From an archaeon (GTDB lineage: Archaea; Nanobdellota; Nanobdellia; Woesearchaeales; GCA-2686295), in NCBI GenBank assembly GCA_043817405.1, contig JBDRGV010000027.1, positions 1 through 53,939 of the forward strand: DNA of 53,939 nucleotides, read 5' to 3'. A program made the position numbers and the translations under genes. Shown here piece after piece: positions 40,713-50,538 of this stretch (its first letter is position 1; every line of letters starts with the position of its first letter). The notes below the pieces were generated by a model that ran no database searches, was not told where the DNA came from, and saw only the letters and a list, made by a program, of their open reading frames with translations.

Positions 40713-40800
40713 ATAAAGAACTAGGGCAAACAAACTATAAAAATGTTTCTAAAAACTGAAAAGTGATTAACTTTAATAAGTTAAAGTTATTCCTGAAAGC

Positions 40801-41859
40801 ATGAGTGGTTTGTTTGAGGTAATAAAAAATACTGAGAAAATAGAGCTTCATCGACATATGGATGGCTCAATGACTCCTGAAGAAATTCTAACAACCGCAA
40901 ACAAAAACAACATAGAATTAAAACATCCATCTTCAAAAGAAGATTTAGACACCGTCGACAAAATAGTTTCTATGTGGAATGATTGGAAAAATATAACTAT
41001 TATTGATAAATTCGCAATTGCCAACAGCGTCTTGCAATCCCCTGATGAGCTCTATAATTTTGGTTATAATGAAGCTAAGAAAATTGCTGCAGCAAACATT
41101 GTTTATTGTGAAACAAGATTTGCTCCGCAAAACCACACTTCAAAAGATTTAAGCTACAAAAAAATAATTAAGAACGTCATCGCAGGGTTAAATGATGGTG
41201 CCAAAGAAACAAATTCAGTTGTTAAATTAATAATCTCAATAAACAGGGAAAGCGAAATCAAAGAAATGAAAAAAGTCATTAGGGCTGCTTCCAAATATAA
41301 AAAACAAGGAGTCGTTGGTATTGATTTTGCGTTTTATGAGAAAGCAAATGATGTTCGAAGACTTTACAGAGCAGCAGTATTAACACATAAAAAACACATT
41401 CCAATGACCATGCATGCAGGTGAAATGGTTGAAAACGAGAATAAGAGCATAAATAATGTCGGTAACTCTGTAAATTTAGGAGTTTATGGACTAGCTCATG
41501 CAATTCATCTTTGGAAGGATAAGAGTTTGTATAAAATCATGATTTCTAATCGAATAAGATTAGAATCCCAACCACGTGCAAACATTGCTCTTGGATTAAT
41601 TAATGGCTATGAAGATTTGCATTTAGATCAGATGATAAATGATGGTCTTGCTGTAACTCTCAACTCCGACGATCCGACCATGTGGGAACGAGGCAGTTTA
41701 TCGGAAGTTTTCTACGACTTTTTAGAAGCGTATAAAGACGTTGAATTACTGAAAAAGATGCAGCTCAATGCTATAAATTATTCTTTTGGACTTTCTAAAG
41801 ATGAAAAGAAAGGGTTCATTGAAAGAATTGAAAGTCAAGAATTATACAAAGGAATTTAG
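40801..41859 (+). CDS. adenosine deaminase family protein
   Basis: ELHRHMDGS, YCETRFAP, MHAGE and NSDDP motifs. Confidence 0.92.
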   Translation: MSGLFEVIKNTEKIELHRHMDGSMTPEEILTTANKNNIELKHPSSKEDLDTVDKIVSMWNDWKNITIIDKFAIANSVLQSPDELYNFGYNEAKKIAAANIVYCETRFAPQNHTSKDLSYKKIIKNVIAGLNDGAKETNSVVKLIISINRESEIKEMKKVIRAASKYKKQGVVGIDFAFYEKANDVRRLYRAAVLTHKKHIPMTMHAGEMVENENKSINNVGNSVNLGVYGLAHAIHLWKDKSLYKIMISNRIRLESQPRANIALGLINGYEDLHLDQMINDGLAVTLNSDDPTMWERGSLSEVFYDFLEAYKDVELLKKMQLNAINYSFGLSKDEKKGFIERIESQELYKGI

Positions 41860-41862
41860 AAA

Positions 41863-42339
41863 ATGGAACAATATTGGATGCCAAAAGAACTTGACTTTAA
41901 ACATCTAAGAATGTGCATTGATAATTTTGAAGCAGATCAATTGTTTATAAGATTAATGGGTTCATATGGCGGAACTATTAAAGTTAATGAAAAATTAGAA
42001 GGTCGAGTGTTGGATTTTAAAAAAAATGATTTGGGACTTTATATCCTAATTGACAATAAAGAAATGTTTCATTTTCCGTTAAAAGATGGTTATTATAAAG
42101 GTTTTTCTTTAGCCTATGAACGCTTTGATGAAAAAGAAAGGCCTATAATATTAATATCTGAAAAAAATCCTTATGATTCTGAACTTCCTGAACCAAAAAA
42201 TTCGTTTTTAAGGCAAGTTTTTGACAATCATCTTTTTGAATTATACTTCAAAGGCAGAATTGACATTAAATTCCATTCTTGGTGGAATAAACCACATTCA
42301 AAATATTGGGAAATAGATTTGAACAGAAAAAAACCTTAG
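41863..42339 (+). CDS. hypothetical protein
   Basis: 158-aa ORF directly downstream of the deaminase. Confidence 0.75.
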   Translation: MEQYWMPKELDFKHLRMCIDNFEADQLFIRLMGSYGGTIKVNEKLEGRVLDFKKNDLGLYILIDNKEMFHFPLKDGYYKGFSLAYERFDEKERPIILISEKNPYDSELPEPKNSFLRQVFDNHLFELYFKGRIDIKFHSWWNKPHSKYWEIDLNRKKP

Positions 42340-44261
42340 AAATCGTACTTAACAACAAAGCATTCTCTGTAGGTTTTGACTTTTGCGACTTTTGAAAGCT
42401 TTGCCTTAACGGTTTCTTCGCTCATCACTGGTTCGAGTTTATCATCGTATGATAGACTTAGAAATTCTATATTGTCAAATGTTTGCGCGTTTCGTAGTTT
42501 TGAAAAAATATAGTTATCGGATAAATTCTTTGCACTATTCAAATAGCCCTTGTCCATCAATATTTTTGCTTCGTCATCGGCTATAGGCATTTTCTTAAAA
42601 ACTTTTTTTATAACTCTCAAACCATCACTGCCTAATTCTTTCATGTCAGGAATTTTCTTCGTAATATATTTCTCTTTATCGACTATAACTTCTCCATCAA
42701 CAGTTTCAACAAGCACTTTGAATTCTCCTTCTAAATCTTCACAGGTAACCATGGCTGCAGGTATTAATTTGACTCTGACTTTAACTTCTTCTTCAGACAT
42801 TAGTTTTATGTCTTTAACGCTTGTTCTGGGTTTTATTATTGGTAGCATTTCTTGTTTTTCAAATCCTTTCAAATCTTCATCAACATCTCTTTCTTGATCT
42901 TCCAATATATCAACTGCATCGCCACCATGCTGACTTTTTCTAGGTCTGATGTTGACAAATAATGGAATATCTACAACTCCTGAAACAAGAGCCGAACCGA
43001 TCGGTAGATTACGAATTTCTTGTTCAGATTCAGACGTAATGCCTTCAACACTGTTTGATATTGCTTTCAAATCGTTTGGATTTGTTACTTTTAATATTAT
43101 TTGAGTTGTGCATTGACTTAAAACTGATTTGTCAACTCTCGCAGGTCTTTGGCTTATAACACAGAATCCCAATCCGAACTTTCTTCCTTCACTGGCAATG
43201 GTTCGCAATACCTTTGAGCTTTTGGTTTCTCCAAAGCTTCTTTCAGGACAAAAATTATGTGCTTCTTCCAATATTAAGAAGAATGGTGGAATCTCGTTTT
43301 TCTTTCTTAGCTCAAACAAGTCTTTACATAGTTTGTAAACAACTATTTCTTGTATGTCAGGGTTCATTCCTTTAACATTTATTATTGAACATTTTCCTGG
43401 CGAGATTAATTCATTGTATGATGTTGGTGAGTCTGAAAAAATTCCTAGGTTGTTCAAGTATTCTACCACATTTATTATGCCCCATTTGGCCGCGCTTTCA
43501 TCTCTTTCTAGTTCCAATAATAATTGGTTGAAATTCAAGTCTTCCATGTTTTTCAGAGCGCTGTATAGAACTCCTAATTGTGTACTTGAAAGCTTTGCAG
43601 GTAATAAATGAATAAGCTCCGCATTTGTTATGTTTTTTGATAATTTTAATGAAATAACACCTTCATTAACATTAGGATCTCCATATTCTCTCACTTGATA
43701 GGCTTTAGGTTTCAAACCATACTCTTCTAATTTATCTTTTTCCTTGGTGTTTTCAAATCTCATGGTTGAGTATTCGCCATGGGGATCAATTATAAGTAGT
43801 GGAATCTTTCTTTCCATTATTTCCTCTGCTAGAACTCCTACTGTATAGCTTTTCCCTGCACCTGATTTCGCTAGAACTGCACAATGCTTTGTTAATATTT
43901 TTTTCAAATCTAAGAAAACCTTAATGTCTTTTCCTTCTAATTTTCCAATAAAAGCATTGTTACCTTCTTCTTCAAGCATTATAATTTTTTTTATGAAATC
44001 ATCTTCTGCTTCCAAGACTTCAGTTCCAGGATCAAAGGGCATTCTTATTTGCTTAACTTTGTCATCCTTGTCTTTGTAACCAATGGTTTTGCATTTAGCA
44101 ATGCTTCCATCACTGGTGCTTTCAATATCAACTATTTGACATAGAACATAGTCATAAACTTGGTGATAAACCTGTACGTATTCAAACTTCTTAGTGTCCT
44201 TATCCAGCTTGAATGAGAAATCTGTGGGTGTGACTTTTCCAACAATGTGACCTAAAATCAT
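42336..44261 (-). CDS. HerA-like ATPase (HAS barrel + DUF87) with C-terminal extension
   Basis: AKSGAGKS, DPHGEY, LEEAH, EGRKFG and SQRP motifs. Confidence 0.92.
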   Translation of the reverse strand: MILGHIVGKVTPTDFSFKLDKDTKKFEYVQVYHQVYDYVLCQIVDIESTSDGSIAKCKTIGYKDKDDKVKQIRMPFDPGTEVLEAEDDFIKKIIMLEEEGNNAFIGKLEGKDIKVFLDLKKILTKHCAVLAKSGAGKSYTVGVLAEEIMERKIPLLIIDPHGEYSTMRFENTKEKDKLEEYGLKPKAYQVREYGDPNVNEGVISLKLSKNITNAELIHLLPAKLSSTQLGVLYSALKNMEDLNFNQLLLELERDESAAKWGIINVVEYLNNLGIFSDSPTSYNELISPGKCSIINVKGMNPDIQEIVVYKLCKDLFELRKKNEIPPFFLILEEAHNFCPERSFGETKSSKVLRTIASEGRKFGLGFCVISQRPARVDKSVLSQCTTQIILKVTNPNDLKAISNSVEGITSESEQEIRNLPIGSALVSGVVDIPLFVNIRPRKSQHGGDAVDILEDQERDVDEDLKGFEKQEMLPIIKPRTSVKDIKLMSEEEVKVRVKLIPAAMVTCEDLEGEFKVLVETVDGEVIVDKEKYITKKIPDMKELGSDGLRVIKKVFKKMPIADDEAKILMDKGYLNSAKNLSDNYIFSKLRNAQTFDNIEFLSLSYDDKLEPVMSEETVKAKLSKVAKVKTYRECFVVKYDF

Positions 44262-44365
44262 ATAACTTTAAAAAATATTGGTGTTTATTAATATTACTAT
44301 ATAAGAAACTTTAAAAACAACCTCCATTCTCTATGGAATATCATAATCAATAGGAGGTTATTGAA

Positions 44366-44611
44366 ATGGCAGAAAAAAATAAAATAGAACCTCAATCAAA
44401 AGAGGAACAAATTGGTTTTCACAAAGGAGCACTTAGCACACTTGCAAAGGAAAGAGAAGAGTTAGCAAGAATTCTTCAAATTGTCGAGCAATTAATGCAG
44501 ATGCACGTCGCTGGATTGAAAGATTTAGGTGTTGATTTACAAAAGCAAGCTGAGAAAATGGCTGCAGTAGACAAAAAAACACCAAAAAAACCTATTGAAG
44601 ACATTTTATAG
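44366..44611 (+). CDS. conserved hypothetical coiled-coil protein
   Basis: Strong GGAGGT SD; GFHKGALSTL.KEREEL. Confidence 0.8.
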   Translation: MAEKNKIEPQSKEEQIGFHKGALSTLAKEREELARILQIVEQLMQMHVAGLKDLGVDLQKQAEKMAAVDKKTPKKPIEDIL

Positions 44612-44658
44612 GTAAATTTCACTCAACTTTTTATAGTTATTTTACTTTCTGTTATTTT

Positions 44659-45765
44659 ATGACTAATTTAACGTTTTACAGTTCAGGATTAAAACTAGAG
44701 TTAGCTAAGCTTATTGAAAAAGTAAAACCTTTCAGAGATAGAGAGTTAGATGGTTCTGATTATAAAAAACTCGAATCAATCCTCGACAGAGAAAGACAGG
44801 ATTATCTGAGAGATTTACTCAGAGATGAAGTCAAACAAGAAAGTCAAGCATTGGAAGCTTTCACCAATAAATACGTCAAACCTCATTTCTTCATTGACAA
44901 GAACCAAAATCCATTGGCAGAGAAAGATCTTAATATTTCATTAATACTTGAAGGCAGATGCAACTCGTGCAATCATGTCGCAGTTGTTGAAAGCCCTGTG
45001 AATGAGTTGATAACGGACTTCAAATTACCAAGTTATTTAGGAAGAAAGCAAAGAGAGGCTAACAGAAATGTAGGAGAAATATTGTCTTATGAAGAATCTT
45101 TACACAGAACGGGCATATTTCCAGAATGTGGTTCACATGGCTGTGATTCAGGAGAACTTACTTCTGAATTGGTTGCTTCAAAAAACATCATACGATTGAA
45201 CAAAAAGAATTTTTACAACATAAAATGGTATTCTCAAAGAGAGAAATCATCTGGTAGAACAAGAGATAAACTGATAGATATAATGCTTGAGTTAAAATCA
45301 TCTTTGAACGACAGGATGGCTGCAAGATTTGTTGTTAGTAAACCTAAAGATGTCTATGCAATCGTTGAAGAACTTAACCATATTCGTAGAAATAACACAA
45401 AGATAACTTTCAAACCCGACGGAATTCTTCCAGAAAATTATGAAGATTTCCTGAAACACCATAAAGAAAAAAACATTCCTTTGAGATTCGATAAGAAAAG
45501 GTATTACAAAAAGAGTGAAGATTATTATGCAGCTCATCTTGGAGTGCCTTGGGGTTGGGCTATAATGGAAGTACAGGTTAAAACTAAGACTTGGCATAAA
45601 ATTGCTGAGGAAACATATGACTTAGATCATAAGCGAAGATGGGAACGACAGGAAGAAGAAAGAAAAGAAAAATGGGGTGATATAGGTTTTATGCTTAGAG
45701 ATTACTTAACACCTTGCTTCGGTAAATTTGATATTATTAATTATTTACAACGGTCAGCCTTCTAG
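44659..45765 (+). CDS. RelA/SpoT-type synthetase-domain protein with N-terminal Cys cluster
   Basis: REKS...K, D..AARFVV, YYAAH and EVQVKT..WH..AE...H in RelA/SpoT motif order. Confidence 0.7.
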   Translation: MTNLTFYSSGLKLELAKLIEKVKPFRDRELDGSDYKKLESILDRERQDYLRDLLRDEVKQESQALEAFTNKYVKPHFFIDKNQNPLAEKDLNISLILEGRCNSCNHVAVVESPVNELITDFKLPSYLGRKQREANRNVGEILSYEESLHRTGIFPECGSHGCDSGELTSELVASKNIIRLNKKNFYNIKWYSQREKSSGRTRDKLIDIMLELKSSLNDRMAARFVVSKPKDVYAIVEELNHIRRNNTKITFKPDGILPENYEDFLKHHKEKNIPLRFDKKRYYKKSEDYYAAHLGVPWGWAIMEVQVKTKTWHKIAEETYDLDHKRRWERQEEERKEKWGDIGFMLRDYLTPCFGKFDIINYLQRSAF

Positions 45766-46195
45766 CTTTAGGCACATAATTCATCAGAATTCCATTCTTT
45801 ATCTTGCCACAACCTACAAACTCATCTTTATGTTTCACAAGAACAAAGCCTTTCATATCTGTTTTGATTTCAAAGTCGATTCCTTTAAGCCATTGTTCGA
45901 ATTCTTCTTCGTTTAATTCCAAGATGTTCCTCTTTGATTTTGGTCCAACCACTTGGCTTCCTTCAATGCTCAGTCTTATTCCTTCAGGCATTATGGTTGC
46001 GAAGTACATGCCCAGCGCATCAACTCTTAGTTTTGTTAAATCCATTAATTCCATGTCTCTATGAATAATGTATATTCTGTCGTTGGCATTTTGTAAGAAA
46101 ACATATTCTGGTTTTTCCCCGTAGCCAAACTGTTCTTTAAAGACTTTCAGAATTCTCTTGACTTCCTTTGAATTTAGGATTTTTAGGTTTTGCAT
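45737..46195 (-). CDS. NIP7/methyltransferase-PUA-like RNA-binding protein
   Basis: GMYFA...IRLSIEGSQ..G and NYVPKARR motifs; start set at MQNLK. Confidence 0.82.
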   Translation of the reverse strand: MQNLKILNSKEVKRILKVFKEQFGYGEKPEYVFLQNANDRIYIIHRDMELMDLTKLRVDALGMYFATIMPEGIRLSIEGSQVVGPKSKRNILELNEEEFEQWLKGIDFEIKTDMKGFVLVKHKDEFVGCGKIKNGILMNYVPKARRLTVVNN

Positions 46196-46249
46196 GGATT
46201 TACCTCTTAAATTTATGCAGCTCAAAAATGTTTAATTTTTGTTGTTGCA

Positions 46250-48010
46250 TTATACACCCCACATCGGGTTGTCTTTTCTTTTTATTTCCGAGATTTCTCT
46301 CAGGACTTCGATTTCTTCTTTCGATAAGAATTTTGTAAAAGTTTTCAGTTTTATGAAATCTTCTTCAGGAATATCTGAGTAGAGTATGTCTCTTTCATTC
46401 ACATGTCTCTCAGCCATTATGTTTGGAATGGAAATTGCTACTTGTTTTCCTTTCTCGGCCGTTTTAATATTATCTTTATCAGCTTGCATGGATTTAATCT
46501 CCGATAGTCTTCTGAACTTGCTCATCAAAGGCATGCCCAGTTTGAGTGTTCCAACCAATACTTCAACTCCTAGAATGCAAGGGTTGCTCTGTCTGAATAT
46601 GCAGTTATCTAAAACTTCAAATTTACACGGTCTAACTAGCGAATCTAGTTTTTTTGCTTCTTCTGCTTTATGAGCTTCTTCTCGCCAGTCTTCAAAATCT
46701 TGAATTAAACTATAGATTACATCATGTGTTATTACTTTAACATTTTCATTCACCAGATTCACTTCATCAACTACGTTAAATCCCAGTATAACTGCCAGTA
46801 ATGGGTCTTGTTCATAATTACTTTCTGCATCACTATAGTCTTTCTTAGTTATATTTCCAATTGTGGCTTTTCTGATTGGAATTTTTTTCCCTTTCAGAAT
46901 ATTAATCATTGCTTCTAAACTCCCTAGAGTGTCTGCTTTGATTATTATTCCTGAGTGTTCTGTTTCAATCATTACATTTTCTACTTCATTCATCAGGTTT
47001 TCCTTAATAGCTTTAACTTCATTAGGTTTACATGCTCTCAGTGGCATACCTGCCATTACACGGTCCAGATTCGGAGCTGAGATTTTTACTCCTGTGGCTG
47101 CACTTACTTGTCTTACTGTTTTGAACTTGCTTTTTTTATCACGCATCTCTGCCAATGGATCGGGTTCCAGTAAAGCTCTTACTTTAGTGGTTACTGCGCC
47201 ACCTATTGCTCCAATGACTATGGTGTCATTAACAGATAGCGTTCCATCATAGATTATTACATCAACTGTTTTTCCAAGTCCTTTCTCTTCTTTTATTTCA
47301 AGAATTGTTCCTTTAGCAGGTCCTTCAACATTTATCTTCAAGTTTTCTTCAAGATACTTTTGTGCCAATCCTGTTATGACCATTAATAGTTCTTGCAAAC
47401 CAATTTGTTCAGTTGCTGAACAAGGAATTATGGCTATTTGCTCTGTATAGCTTGAGACTCTGTCAAATCTTTCAGCCACTACGTGGAATCTATCATGAAG
47501 CTGTCCAACCAATTCATAGAGTTTTGTGTCAATGGCCGTTTGAACATTTGGTTGCTGTGCTTTAATATCCTGTAACAGTGAATCATAGGTTTTTTTATAA
47601 CCACCAATTCTATCAATTTTATTGGCAGCAATTACGAATGGTGTTTTGTAACTTTTTAGAATTTCTATTGCTTCAATTGTTTGTGGTTTAAAACCTTCGT
47701 TAATGTCAACCACTAGAATTGCAATATCAGCCAGACTTCCGCCTCTTTTTCTAAGAGTTGTAAAAGCTGCGTGACCAGGCGTATCGATGAATAAAAGTCC
47801 TGGAATCGTAAAGTTCATCTTCAATGATTCCAATAGTTTTCCACATTTTTTCTTGACAACTTCAAGAGGAATTATAGACGCTCCGATGGCCTGAGTAATT
47901 GCTCCTGCTTCTCCAGCAACAATCTTCGTACCTCTAATGGAATCTAAAATAGAAGATTTTCCATGGTCTACATGACCAAGTACCGATACGATGGGACTCC
48001 TGGTTGCCAT
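46250..48010 (-). CDS. infB: translation initiation factor aIF5B (IF-2)
   Basis: GHVDHGKS, DTPGH, NKID and KADTLGSLEA motifs. Confidence 0.98.
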   Translation of the reverse strand: MATRSPIVSVLGHVDHGKSSILDSIRGTKIVAGEAGAITQAIGASIIPLEVVKKKCGKLLESLKMNFTIPGLLFIDTPGHAAFTTLRKRGGSLADIAILVVDINEGFKPQTIEAIEILKSYKTPFVIAANKIDRIGGYKKTYDSLLQDIKAQQPNVQTAIDTKLYELVGQLHDRFHVVAERFDRVSSYTEQIAIIPCSATEQIGLQELLMVITGLAQKYLEENLKINVEGPAKGTILEIKEEKGLGKTVDVIIYDGTLSVNDTIVIGAIGGAVTTKVRALLEPDPLAEMRDKKSKFKTVRQVSAATGVKISAPNLDRVMAGMPLRACKPNEVKAIKENLMNEVENVMIETEHSGIIIKADTLGSLEAMINILKGKKIPIRKATIGNITKKDYSDAESNYEQDPLLAVILGFNVVDEVNLVNENVKVITHDVIYSLIQDFEDWREEAHKAEEAKKLDSLVRPCKFEVLDNCIFRQSNPCILGVEVLVGTLKLGMPLMSKFRRLSEIKSMQADKDNIKTAEKGKQVAISIPNIMAERHVNERDILYSDIPEEDFIKLKTFTKFLSKEEIEVLREISEIKRKDNPMWGV

Positions 48011-48120
48011 GAATCAAAGTAATAATCAACCCTTTATAAACATTATTGAGATGGTGGTGTGCATAAATTATGTTTATTATCATGGAAATATTTAAATAAC
48101 TCGAATGTTAATTATGAAAT

Positions 48121-48682
48121 ATGAGGTGGGCAATATTTTTAATAATGATGCTTTTACTTGTGAGTTTTGTAGCTGCACAAGTACCTACACCTCCTAGTGC
48201 ACCACCAAGTATGGATTCCGATGACAATACCAATGAAGAAACAACCACTAAAAAAAGTTTTCTAAGCGGTCTCTTTGGCGGTGGACAAGAGTCCAACGAA
48301 GACGAACAAAATTCTACTGCAAATGGACTTGGACTTTTTTGGCATCGACGTACAGTCCACAGGCTATAGAAAAATAAAAGGTCTGGAATCTGAAAGATGC
48401 GTTGTTTATCAACGTTTAGAGGATTATTCAATGGGTTTTTCTGAAGAACTGCAACAAGAAATGTTAGATAATGGAATAACTGAAGAAGAACTTGCTCAAG
48501 CAATTGAAGAACAAAATATAGCATCTCAAGAAATGATAGGTAAATATAGTACTTGCAAATATCCTATTAGTGATTTAATAACCATGCTAGAAAAAGAGCA
48601 AGAAGGTAGTTTTTCAGCGTCAACAGAGGATGAAGAAAAGTATCAATGTACAGGTACTATGTATAAAATAGTTTATTCTTAA
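48121..48682 (+). pseudogene. Secreted hypothetical protein split into two overlapping frames
   Basis: Signal peptide + acidic linker (48121..48369), with a Cys-containing domain continuing in another frame to 48682. Confidence 0.5.
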
Positions 48683-48735
48683 TTTTTTTCTTTTTTTTCC
48701 AAACCTAAATAAACCTGTGTTGTTTTCTTCCTTAC

Positions 48736-49764
48736 ATGGAACAGGTTATTCAAGAAGGAAAAGCTTTCATAAAAGTATCTGATGAGAAGAAAATATCCAA
48801 GAAATTGCCTGTGTTCTATAATCCTGTTATGAAGCTAAATAGGGATATCAGTATTCTGTTGCTGAATTCTATTTCTGACAAGCAAATGCAACTCGCTTTG
48901 CCTCTGGCAGGTTCTGGTGTTAGGGCCATTCGTTTTTTATTGGAGTTAAAGAAGAACAAGATTTTACATTTGTATCTTAATGATTATAAGGAAGATTTTT
49001 TTGAAACCATTGAGAATAATTTTACTTTGAATAATCTTCCTGAAATAAAAAAAACTATTTACAACCTGGATGCCAATCAATTCATGATTGAAAGCAGTGG
49101 CTTTGATTACATTGATATTGATCCTTTTGGAACTCCTAATCCTTTCTTGGACAATGCTATTAGAAGATTATCTAGAAATGGAATTTTGGCAGTTACTGCC
49201 ACCGATACTTCTTCATTGTCAGGCACCTACGAAAATGCTTGCAAGCGAAAGTACTGGGCTAAACCTTTAAGGAATGAGTGGAAGCATGAAGTCGGCGTTA
49301 GAATTCTCATTAGAAAAGTTCAGCTGGTTGCAGCACAATATGAAAAGGCTTTAACACCTATTTTGTCCTACAGCAAAGATCATTATTTCAGATTATTTTT
49401 TAGGTGTGAGAAAGGCAAAGAGAAAGTTGACAAAGTATTGAAACAACACGAGTTTTTTCACACAGCAGGGCCTTTATGGGTTGGTTCTTTGCAGGATAAG
49501 AAGCTTGTTAAAAAAATGTTGAAAAACTCTGATGGTGAAGCTGAAAAGTTGTTAAGAATTATTGATGAAGAATTAGAAATTGTCGGGTTCCATGATATTC
49601 ATAGAATCTGTGAAAAAATGAAGATTCATGTTCCAAAGTATGAGCTTTTAATGAACAAGATAAAAGAAAGAGGCCATAGGGTTTCGAGAACTCATTTTTC
49701 TGGTTTCGGAATTAAAAGTGATATTTCTAGAGAAGAAATAGAGGTGTTGTTGAAAAATGAATAA
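48736..49764 (+). CDS. trm1: tRNA (guanine26-N2)-dimethyltransferase
   Basis: VFYNPVM..NRD, GSGVRAIR, IDIDPFGTP and VTATD motifs. Confidence 0.96.
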   Translation: MEQVIQEGKAFIKVSDEKKISKKLPVFYNPVMKLNRDISILLLNSISDKQMQLALPLAGSGVRAIRFLLELKKNKILHLYLNDYKEDFFETIENNFTLNNLPEIKKTIYNLDANQFMIESSGFDYIDIDPFGTPNPFLDNAIRRLSRNGILAVTATDTSSLSGTYENACKRKYWAKPLRNEWKHEVGVRILIRKVQLVAAQYEKALTPILSYSKDHYFRLFFRCEKGKEKVDKVLKQHEFFHTAGPLWVGSLQDKKLVKKMLKNSDGEAEKLLRIIDEELEIVGFHDIHRICEKMKIHVPKYELLMNKIKERGHRVSRTHFSGFGIKSDISREEIEVLLKNE

Positions 49765-50005
49765 ACAAACTTTGATTTCAAAAGTTGTAATGCCCTATGT
49801 TTCTGCATCTTCTGGTTTTCTTACTTCGATTCTGGATTCAACTCCTAATTTCATAGCAAAGAAACTTCTTGGAGAAGATAAATACCAAGGGTCATCTGAA
49901 ATTAAAGAAATCTTTGCAAATAAGAAATCATTTGGTTGGGGATACATCGCAGGTCAAGCTACCCAAATATATGTTGTTCTTGATATTATTTCAAAAACTT
50001 TTTAG
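49757..50005 (+). CDS. hypothetical protein
   Basis: Overlaps the trm1 stop; GAGGTG SD upstream. Confidence 0.55.
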   Translation: MNKQTLISKVVMPYVSASSGFLTSILDSTPNFIAKKLLGEDKYQGSSEIKEIFANKKSFGWGYIAGQATQIYVVLDIISKTF

Positions 50006-50007
50006 AA

Positions 50008-50286
50008 TTATCCTATGGCTCTTCTGACGTCTGAAATTTCTGCGGAGTTAACATCTTCAAGCTCATTTATTTGATCTGCGACGACATCCGGACTTCCTTT
50101 CTTCTCATCCATTACAAATATTATATTCAAAGCTTTTAATCCAAACGCTATTGGTTCTATTGAAACCTTAGTATCTCCTTCACCTGCAAAAGCAACTATT
50201 TTTTCCATGGCTAGCTTTTGTAATGCTTCTAGATCAACTTCAGGTGAGACAGGCATAATCTTTACCGTTACTATTGCAAATGCCAT
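50008..50286 (-). CDS. ef1b: elongation factor 1-beta
   Basis: KIMPVSPEVDL and EPIAFGLKAL motifs; start set at MAFAI. Confidence 0.95.
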   Translation of the reverse strand: MAFAIVTVKIMPVSPEVDLEALQKLAMEKIVAFAGEGDTKVSIEPIAFGLKALNIIFVMDEKKGSPDVVADQINELEDVNSAEISDVRRAIG

Positions 50287-50287
50287 C

Positions 50288-50455
50288 TTAGTTAGGTCCT
50301 GTGAATCCACAGCCTGGACAGGTGTATTTTCTAACAATTTGTCTTTCGTTCTTTGTTCTCTTTATTTCATATTTGCCACATTTTGGGCATAGAAATGTAA
50401 CTGAACCAAACTCGTTGGTCATGCTCAAATCTTCTATAATTTCGTCTTTTGCCAT
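50288..50455 (-). CDS. Zn-ribbon protein (DUF1610/HVO_2753-like; absent from ORF track)
   Basis: MAKDE...FLCPKCG..EIKR...YTCPGCGFTGPN*; canonical position upstream of EF-1beta. Confidence 0.9.
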   Translation of the reverse strand: MAKDEIIEDLSMTNEFGSVTFLCPKCGKYEIKRTKNERQIVRKYTCPGCGFTGPN

Positions 50456-50538
50456 AATTGTAGTGGAAAAATAGAGGGTTTATAAAGATTGCTGTTGGTG
50501 TAAAAAAATTTATATACCCTTCTTAAAATATTTGTTCT

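Noticed and set aside
40584-40714. Short minus-strand reading frames in the putative ncRNA
   Set aside because: The ATG frame closes after 11 codons, and the longer frame has no start codon or recognisable motif.
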